31,309 bases of DNA. It comes from Acidimicrobiia bacterium (GTDB lineage Bacteria; Actinomycetota; Acidimicrobiia; Spongiisociales; ZC4RG35). Numbering within the stretch: the first letter of the stretch is position 1; each line of letters opens with the position of its first letter. Made by a program: the position numbers and the translations under genes. A model generated the notes under the pieces. That model was not told the DNA's origin. It worked only from the letters and a program-made list of their open reading frames with translations, and did not search any database. Positions 25,350 to 31,309 of this stretch are shown here, in pieces. The stretch spans positions 1 to 31,309 of the forward strand of contig JAZFTN010000196.1 in the NCBI GenBank assembly GCA_036446715.1. The letters are read 5' to 3'.

Positions 25350-25481
25350 CCATTCACCTCACTTTCCGTCTCGTGTGCCCCAGGCCTGGCTGTGCTGGAT
25401 GTGATCGAGAACGAGAGGCTTGGCGGCAACTGGCCGCTTTTTGGCCAACATCTCAAAGATTCGCTCATCCAGTTGGCACAA
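25350..25481 (+). pseudogene. Remnant of a class III aminotransferase domain formerly fused to the kinase
   Basis: In frame beyond the TAG: SLSVSCAPGLAVLDVIENERL...GQHLKDSLIQLAQ, resembling the PVSCAAGLAVLDVI segment of AGXT2L-type enzymes. Confidence 0.6.
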
Positions 25482-25718
25482 ACCAAGTGCTGGAGGGTTG
25501 ACCATCACGAGAAGAGCGAGTTCGGCAGACTAGGTGCCCCCCAACACAAATACGATGACGTTTCGACGGACAGATGACCCCGCTCGCGGCGTCCTCGTCC
25601 TCGACGCACCACTGCGGGTGCGCCTTTGTCCTGCGTCCTGGCGAGGCGACGCCCCTGTCTCGCCGAAACATGCGACCGTACTTATGTTGGAGAGCACTAA
25701 GAGTCCGGTGGACGCGTG

Positions 25719-26435
25719 TCATCGGGTGCGCAGAAATTGGGAAGTCCTCGCGGCTCGCTCCGAGAGGTCAACCCATAGTTGAGCCGACCCTGGATGGTCC
25801 GAGGCGAGTTGGGGCCACCGGTTGGCGGCATCTTCGAACAAGCCGACCAGATCGGACGATGAATCGGCCGTCGACACAATCGCCCCTGACCAGACAGACC
25901 GTATCCAATCCCGCAGGTTTCGTTGATTGTGGTCGAGAGGTCCGAAAGAGTCCTCACCCTCGACGTGAAGACCCTCCCGCCCCGGCGTCAGGGGCGCAAC
26001 TCTCATTTCGTCGCCGAACGCCAAGAGAGTGTCGCGATCAGAATGGGCTGTTTCTCTGTGGCTGTCGTTGTTACGGCCGACGGTGTCGAGCCAGGGGACC
26101 GCCCAATGGACGATGCGATTTGCGAGCAGAAACCTTCTCGCCTCATAGGCCCGTGTCGCGATGTCACGAGCCCCTGTTTCCCATCCATTTGCCTCTGCCG
26201 TTGCCAGCCCTGCGGCAAACGACGCCAACGAAGACAGATCGTGACCCGGTAGTTCGTGACCCCACTCGCCTGCTCTTCGGTTCAGATCGTCGGCAGGGTC
26301 GTAGAACACAACGATGTCGACCTCGGTGGGCGACCGGTCGGCCCACAGTTTGGGAATGGCCTCGTGGCTCCAGTGGTCAGCAAGACCGGCCCAGAGTTCC
26401 TTCTCGGCCAGGGCTCTCTCAGTAGCGGTAGGCAT
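25719..26435 (-). CDS. Putative TorD/DmsD-like molybdoenzyme maturation protein (divergent)
   Basis: EARRFLLANRIVHWAVPWLD resembles the TorD C-terminal helix. The gene overlaps the end of the Mo-enzyme gene. Confidence 0.55.
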   Translation of the reverse strand: MPTATERALAEKELWAGLADHWSHEAIPKLWADRSPTEVDIVVFYDPADDLNRRAGEWGHELPGHDLSSLASFAAGLATAEANGWETGARDIATRAYEARRFLLANRIVHWAVPWLDTVGRNNDSHRETAHSDRDTLLAFGDEMRVAPLTPGREGLHVEGEDSFGPLDHNQRNLRDWIRSVWSGAIVSTADSSSDLVGLFEDAANRWPQLASDHPGSAQLWVDLSERAARTSQFLRTR

Positions 26436-29148
26436 CCGGCGTCGGCTTCACCGGTCGGTCCAACCACAGGGGTCTTCGGTTCCCGTCAGGGCCGGGGCCG
26501 GGCCTGGTCATCTCGAGCCACTTTTCGAAGACTTGGGTGCTCTTGGCGGTGTCGACGACCACGTCCCCGTATTGGTCGCCCTCTTGAGCCGTGGTCAGGG
26601 TGACACGCTGGTGCCAGGCGTGCATTCCCGACACCGGATCCGGATGGACCGGGAATGCCAGGTTCTGATTCACGCCCGGGTCCCTCCACCAGATCCTCGA
26701 CGAGTCGGGGTCGTCAGACTCGAAAGGCTCGATGCCCTTCAACTGGCGGAGTCTCCATTTGCCATCCCCGAGTTGGTCGATGTCGACCAGCGCCGAGCTC
26801 CAACGCTCGTTCCCGGTCTTATCCTGCTGCCGCCATCGGCCCATGTGATGGGAAGCCGCCACCACGCCGGGTCGGATGCCCTCGGTCCGCCAGGCGCGCA
26901 TGACGAACCATCCAATGTCGGTGGTGATCCGAACCATCTCGCCGGTCTCGAAGCCGAGGGCATCAGCGTCGACGGGATTGACCCAGAGGGGATGCCCATG
27001 GCTGATCTCGTACAGATATTTGGCGTTGCCCGACCGAGTGTGAATCAGGGTCGGCAGACGAAAGATCGGTAGCAAGATGCGCTCATTTCCTCCGAGATCC
27101 AGGTCACGCCAGTTGACGTGCGACTTGAGATACGTGGGAATCGCCTCCTCGCCCCATCCCCAGTCGTCCATCGTCTCGGAATACCACTCGAGCTTCTGGG
27201 AAGGCGTCTTGAAACCCGTCTTCAGCTCACCGTCGATGCTGACTCCGTTCCTCGGGTCGGCAGGCGGGCGCTCGTGCACCTCGTAGATGTCGCGTTCCAC
27301 CTCAAATGCGCCGTACTTCCGCATGAAACCGAGCGGGTCAAGACCTTCCTTCTGAGCTGCCTCGGGGAGACCGGGAACACTGTTCTCGAACATCCAGCCG
27401 TAGTACTCGTCGACCGAAACCGGTCGGCTCGAGTCGTTGGGCGATTCGAACCATTTCCTGATCCCAAGCGATCCGTCAGGGTCGATGTGAAAAGAGAGAT
27501 CGAACCAGAACTCGGTCTCCTCCCACACCTCTCCCGGGTTGGCTTCGTATGTCCGGTTGAAGGTCTTGCCGTCACGCTCGCCGGCCACACGGAGCACCGG
27601 CTGACGGAAACCAAGCCATTGGGCGGCGTGAGTTTCGTAGGAATGGGTGTCGTGACGCTCAGCCGATACACCCATCGGCAGCACATAGTCGGCGTACCAG
27701 GCGGTCTCCGACCAGGTCGGGGTGAGCGCCACATGAAGACCAACCATCTCCTCGTTGGTGAGTACCTCTAGCCACGAGAAGCCGTCGGGGTTGGTCCAGA
27801 TCGGGTTGTAGACCCTGGTGAAGTAGACGTCTAGTTTTCCACGACCCTGTTTGAGAAAATGAGGAAGCAGGAAGCTCATCTCATGATGGGCGAGGGGGTA
27901 CTCGATCGGCCATAGAAGCTCGTTCCACCGGCTGTGGGGTGGTGGCGTGTTCCAGTGCTCCGGCTTGAACTTTCCCCAGGCGCTTGGCGAAAGCCCGCCC
28001 TTGGTGCCCACCGACCCGGTGAGCACATGGAGAAACTGAAGCGTGCGGGCAGCCTGCCAGCCTCCGAGATTCCCCGATCCTGTCGAGCGCCACGTGTGAG
28101 AGGCAAACCGGTGCCCCGCGTCGGCGATCTCTCTCGCCACCTCAACGATCTGGTCGACGGACACGCCGCACTCCTCGGCGGCCCACTCGGGTGTGTAGCC
28201 GGCGTAGGTCTCCTTCAAGCCCTCGATGAATGACTCGTAGGTGCGGTCCTTGTCCGGGAATCTCTTTTCCAGCGACGTCTCCCAGTTGACCCAGCGGCGA
28301 ACAAATTGGTGATCGATGGTGTCCCACTCGAGGAGAAGCCGGGCGATGGCCAGGAAGAGCCCGGCTTCTGTTCCCGGCCATGTCGAGAGCCAGTAATCGG
28401 ACATCGAGGCGGTGTTGGAGAGTCTCGGGTCGATGGTGCAGAGCTTGGCGCCCGACCTCTTCGCCTCCATTATCCGCTGAGCGTGCGGGTTGAAATAGTG
28501 ACCGGTTTCCAGGTGGGAAGACAGCAAGAGGATGAATCGGGCGTTGGCGAAATCGGGAGAGGGCCGGTCATGCCCGGACCACATCGCGTATCCCAGCCTT
28601 GCGCCGGAAGAGCAGATGTTGGTGTGGGAATTGTGGCCATCGACACCCCAGGCTTTCAGGGTTCGATCCATGAACCCGTCCTCGCCGGGTCGGCCGACGT
28701 GGTACATGATCTCGTCGTGGCGGTTCTCGCGGATGGCCTTCCCGATGCGTCCTCCGATGTCGGTGAGAGCGTCTTCCCAGGTCACCCGTTCCCACTCGCC
28801 TGACCCCCTTTTCCCTTTGCGTCGCATGGGGTAGAGGATGCGCTCGGGGTCGTTGACTTGATTGATGGTGGCCGGCCCCTTGGCACAATTGCGCCCACGA
28901 GAGCCGGGGTGGGCGGGGTTGCCCTCGAACCTCTTGATTTCACCGGTGTCCCTGTCGACGTAGGCAAGAAGGCCACAAGCCGATTCGCAGTTGAAACAGG
29001 TCGTCGGCACCAACCTGTAACGGTTCGCCTTGCGCTCGGGCCAGGCCTTGGCATCCCATTCGACCCAGTCGTCCCACAAGTCCGGAGGCGGGTAGTTGGT
29101 GAGGCCCCCTCCCGGGACCAGCCGTGGTATTTCGCGACTTGTTGTCAT
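26419..29148 (-). CDS. DMSO-reductase-family molybdopterin oxidoreductase catalytic subunit (no Tat signal)
   Basis: TTCFNCESACG...GRNCAKG [4Fe-4S] site, ERILYPMRR, NICSSG (probable Cys ligand), DPRLSNTA, ADYVLP, LIHTRS, LWVNPVDA. Confidence 0.93.
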   Translation of the reverse strand: MTTSREIPRLVPGGGLTNYPPPDLWDDWVEWDAKAWPERKANRYRLVPTTCFNCESACGLLAYVDRDTGEIKRFEGNPAHPGSRGRNCAKGPATINQVNDPERILYPMRRKGKRGSGEWERVTWEDALTDIGGRIGKAIRENRHDEIMYHVGRPGEDGFMDRTLKAWGVDGHNSHTNICSSGARLGYAMWSGHDRPSPDFANARFILLLSSHLETGHYFNPHAQRIMEAKRSGAKLCTIDPRLSNTASMSDYWLSTWPGTEAGLFLAIARLLLEWDTIDHQFVRRWVNWETSLEKRFPDKDRTYESFIEGLKETYAGYTPEWAAEECGVSVDQIVEVAREIADAGHRFASHTWRSTGSGNLGGWQAARTLQFLHVLTGSVGTKGGLSPSAWGKFKPEHWNTPPPHSRWNELLWPIEYPLAHHEMSFLLPHFLKQGRGKLDVYFTRVYNPIWTNPDGFSWLEVLTNEEMVGLHVALTPTWSETAWYADYVLPMGVSAERHDTHSYETHAAQWLGFRQPVLRVAGERDGKTFNRTYEANPGEVWEETEFWFDLSFHIDPDGSLGIRKWFESPNDSSRPVSVDEYYGWMFENSVPGLPEAAQKEGLDPLGFMRKYGAFEVERDIYEVHERPPADPRNGVSIDGELKTGFKTPSQKLEWYSETMDDWGWGEEAIPTYLKSHVNWRDLDLGGNERILLPIFRLPTLIHTRSGNAKYLYEISHGHPLWVNPVDADALGFETGEMVRITTDIGWFVMRAWRTEGIRPGVVAASHHMGRWRQQDKTGNERWSSALVDIDQLGDGKWRLRQLKGIEPFESDDPDSSRIWWRDPGVNQNLAFPVHPDPVSGMHAWHQRVTLTTAQEGDQYGDVVVDTAKSTQVFEKWLEMTRPGPGPDGNRRPLWLDRPVKPTPDAYRY

Positions 29149-29161
29149 TTCATCCTGCCCA

Positions 29162-30835
29162 TCAACTCAGTGGAACACTCTGGCCGGCCTTGACGAAGGC
29201 ATCGTCCGCGAGAAAGACACCTGTCATTGCACTCAACGCGCCAAGAGCGCCGACCCATGTGAAGACACCGGTCAGCACCGCTAACGCCGCAGCGATCGGC
29301 ACGACCACCACGAGAAACTGACCGAGCCACCATTGTGTGGCGAACTCCCCCTTGGTCATATGGTGCATGGCGGCCTTGGCGTTGCTGGTGGTGTGCGATC
29401 CGGAGAGCTCGGTCAGGGACATCAACCCCACCAAAGCCGCGCCGATCAGCATCGCCCAGGAAAAGGGTTCGATCGCGTCGGAAAGCTCCCGGTATCCCAG
29501 GGCCACCATCAGTGAGACCCCACCGCCAACGGCCATTGACCCCCCGATCATGTGCCACAACAACACCGGTGTTTGCCAGAGATCTCGTCCTTCGGCCTGT
29601 CCGAACAGGTAGGCGGTGTACCCGGCCACTCCGAGTCCGACCACAGCAGAGGCCCAGATCACCGGTTCGAGAAACCCGATATCGAAGATGCCTAGCAAGA
29701 ACCAGACGCCCATCAATGCGGCAAACCCCCCGAGGATCCAGGACCCACGGACCAGCCAGGAACCGGGATTTCCCCTGGTCAGCAGATAGAAGAATCGATC
29801 AGGCCGCTTTAGATCCCAGACCAGCAACACCCCTGTCAACAGGAGGAAGATCCCGGCCCAGAGCGGCGCCTGCCATTGCATCCAGTCCGAGTCCGTTCCC
29901 GATCCGGCGACGAGCGCGATTGCCGCTGAGATGGCAATACCGGCTGAGATCCCCTTGGTGAGAAAATAGGAGCTCACCTTCCATCCCCATGGCATCGGAT
30001 GATCGATGTTGTAGACGACACGCGGTGGCCTGTCGGAGCGATCCCGATCGATGCTCACCGGCGGAGAAGGCGACGTCTCCACTCCGAAGTTGCCGACCGC
30101 CGTCTCCACGGCTCTGGGAGTCAGATCCACAGACATCCAAGAGTTGCCGGTCGCTTCAGCATCGCGCCAAACGCCGGAGTCACCCAGTGAACCGGATCGA
30201 GCCGGGTCGAGAATCGACGATTCGACGCCCTTGTAGAAGACATTTGGCCCGGTCCCTTGCTCGGGAGCCCGAACCGTCAGCTTCTCGGTCGCCACCATCC
30301 GGCCGATCTTCGAGGTTGGGTCGTCGATGTCCCCGGCGATGATCGCCTGCTCGGGGCAGACAATGACACAGGCCGGTTCAAGGCCGACGTCGACCCGGTG
30401 AGCGCAGTAGTTGCACTTCTGCGCGGTGTTCTCCATCGGATCGATGTAAAGAGCATCGTAAGGACAGGCCTGCATGCACGACTTGCAGCCGATGCAGAGG
30501 TCGGTGTCGAAGTCGACGATCCCGTCGTCACGTTTGAACAAAGCCTTGGTCGGGCAGATCGCCACGCATGGCGCATCGGTGCAGTGGTTGCAACGGAGAA
30601 CAGAGAAGAACCGCCTGGTGTCGGGCCAGGTCCCTTTTTCGATGTATTTGACCCATGTCCGGTTGACACCGAGCGGAACTTCATGCTCGGTCTTGCAGGC
30701 GACCGTGCAAGCGTGACATCCGATGCAAACGTCCTGGTCGATTACAAAGCCGTACTTCAGGACGCGCTCCAGTCGGTGGTGATTCAGCCCTTCTCGGAGG
30801 CGAGTGTAGTTCTCTACTCTTTTCGGCCGAGGCAT
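29162..30835 (-). CDS. Fused 4x[4Fe-4S] ferredoxin (DmsB/NrfC-like) + NrfD/PsrC membrane anchor; start may be CTG 30760
   Basis: CIGCHACTVAC, CNHCTDAPCVAICP, CIGCKSCMQACPY, KCNYC...PACVIVCP, then PWGWKVSSY, DLKRPDRF, SWLVRGSW and about eight hydrophobic helices. Confidence 0.92.
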   Translation of the reverse strand: MPRPKRVENYTRLREGLNHHRLERVLKYGFVIDQDVCIGCHACTVACKTEHEVPLGVNRTWVKYIEKGTWPDTRRFFSVLRCNHCTDAPCVAICPTKALFKRDDGIVDFDTDLCIGCKSCMQACPYDALYIDPMENTAQKCNYCAHRVDVGLEPACVIVCPEQAIIAGDIDDPTSKIGRMVATEKLTVRAPEQGTGPNVFYKGVESSILDPARSGSLGDSGVWRDAEATGNSWMSVDLTPRAVETAVGNFGVETSPSPPVSIDRDRSDRPPRVVYNIDHPMPWGWKVSSYFLTKGISAGIAISAAIALVAGSGTDSDWMQWQAPLWAGIFLLLTGVLLVWDLKRPDRFFYLLTRGNPGSWLVRGSWILGGFAALMGVWFLLGIFDIGFLEPVIWASAVVGLGVAGYTAYLFGQAEGRDLWQTPVLLWHMIGGSMAVGGGVSLMVALGYRELSDAIEPFSWAMLIGAALVGLMSLTELSGSHTTSNAKAAMHHMTKGEFATQWWLGQFLVVVVPIAAALAVLTGVFTWVGALGALSAMTGVFLADDAFVKAGQSVPLS

Positions 30836-30892
30836 GGGTCATCGACTCGGCCAGGTGGTTTGCCAGGGCAGCACACTCGATAGAATCGGCGT

Positions 30893-31309
30893 TTGCCAGA
30901 CCCGGGCCACCGCCAGTTCTCGACGGCCGACATCGTCGCCGGTATCAGTGTTGCGCTGATCCTCATCCCTCAATCCCTCGCCTATGCAGGGATTGCCGGA
31001 GTCCCGGCCCATGTCGGGCTTTTTGCGGCGGCCTTGCCGACTATTGCCGCGGCCATCTTTGCTTCCAGCCCATATCTGCAGACCGGGCCGGTTGCCATGA
31101 CCGCCTTGCTCACGTTCGGGGCGCTCTCGGTGGTGGCCACACCGTTCAGCCCCGAGTACGTCGCGTTAGCCGCCCTGCTGGCACTCGTGGTGGGCGTGAT
31201 GCGTGTTGTCATCGGGATGACGCGATTTGGCGTGATTGCCTACTTCATGTCGCGCCCGGTGATGATCGGATTCATGACCGGGGCGACGATACTGATCGCG
31301 GCATCCCAG
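30893..31309 (+). CDS. sulP: SulP family anion permease, 5' part (runs off the window; absent from the ORF track)
   Basis: ADIVAGISVALILIPQSLAYAGIAGVPAHVGL...SSPYLQTGPVAM...FMSRPVMIGFMTG. The frame opens after TAG 30881-30883, and TTG 30893 is the only ATG/GTG/TTG before the conserved motif. Confidence 0.9.
   Translation, partial: MPDPGHRQFSTADIVAGISVALILIPQSLAYAGIAGVPAHVGLFAAALPTIAAAIFASSPYLQTGPVAMTALLTFGALSVVATPFSPEYVALAALLALVVGVMRVVIGMTRFGVIAYFMSRPVMIGFMTGATILIAASQ

Noticed and set aside
26419-29148. Selenocysteine formate dehydrogenase
   Set aside because: No in-frame TGA; the probable Mo ligand region reads NICSSG and lacks the FDH C/U-H motif.
1-31309. Other UGA stops as Sec codons; CRISPR arrays, rRNA/tRNA, transposases
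   Set aside because: The other TGA stops I checked fall at expected protein ends, and most overlap or abut the next start. No repeat-spacer array, structural RNA gene or transposase motif was recognised by eye.

Overview
A high-GC bacterial window, probably from an Actinomycetota (Acidimicrobiia-like) genome. The taxonomy is inferred from a GlnR-type box, TANNNT promoters and protein style. The window is dominated by sulfur-handling genes. (1) 20-6647: a lipoate operon with a C2H2 zinc-finger ORF, three GcvH/LbpA-type lipoyl carriers, two lipoate-protein ligases, the radical SAM pair LipS1/LipS2 and an alpha/beta hydrolase. (2) 6683-11006: a cysteine-dioxygenase-like cupin, an ATP-grasp ligase, a linalool dehydratase/isomerase (LDI)-like gene, a small beta-barrel protein and a PaaI thioesterase. 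(3) 11087-15838: a decayed STAND/TPR gene, a PAS-PAS adenylate cyclase, a cysteine hydrolase and an ABM-like protein. (4) 16403-19030: sqr-DUF1641-tusE-dsrE. (5) amt with a GlnR box. (6) a DUF2892 / thioredoxin-membrane-rhodanese / lipoprotein operon divergent from ECF sigma-ZAS anti-sigma-PatB. (7) a Tat-less molybdoenzyme with a fused FeS-NrfD partner, and the 5' end of a SulP transporter. Top finding: the two LDI-like ORFs (9193-9864 and 8626-9129) are one reading frame interrupted by a single in-frame TGA. That TGA aligns with the catalytic Cys180 of LDI and is followed 11 nt later by a SECIS-like hairpin with a GGUCU loop. This is a candidate selenocysteine-containing LDI-family enzyme, which I do not know as a described selenoprotein family. 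All homology statements come from motif recognition and recall, not from database searches. No rRNA, tRNA, CRISPR array or intact transposase was seen.
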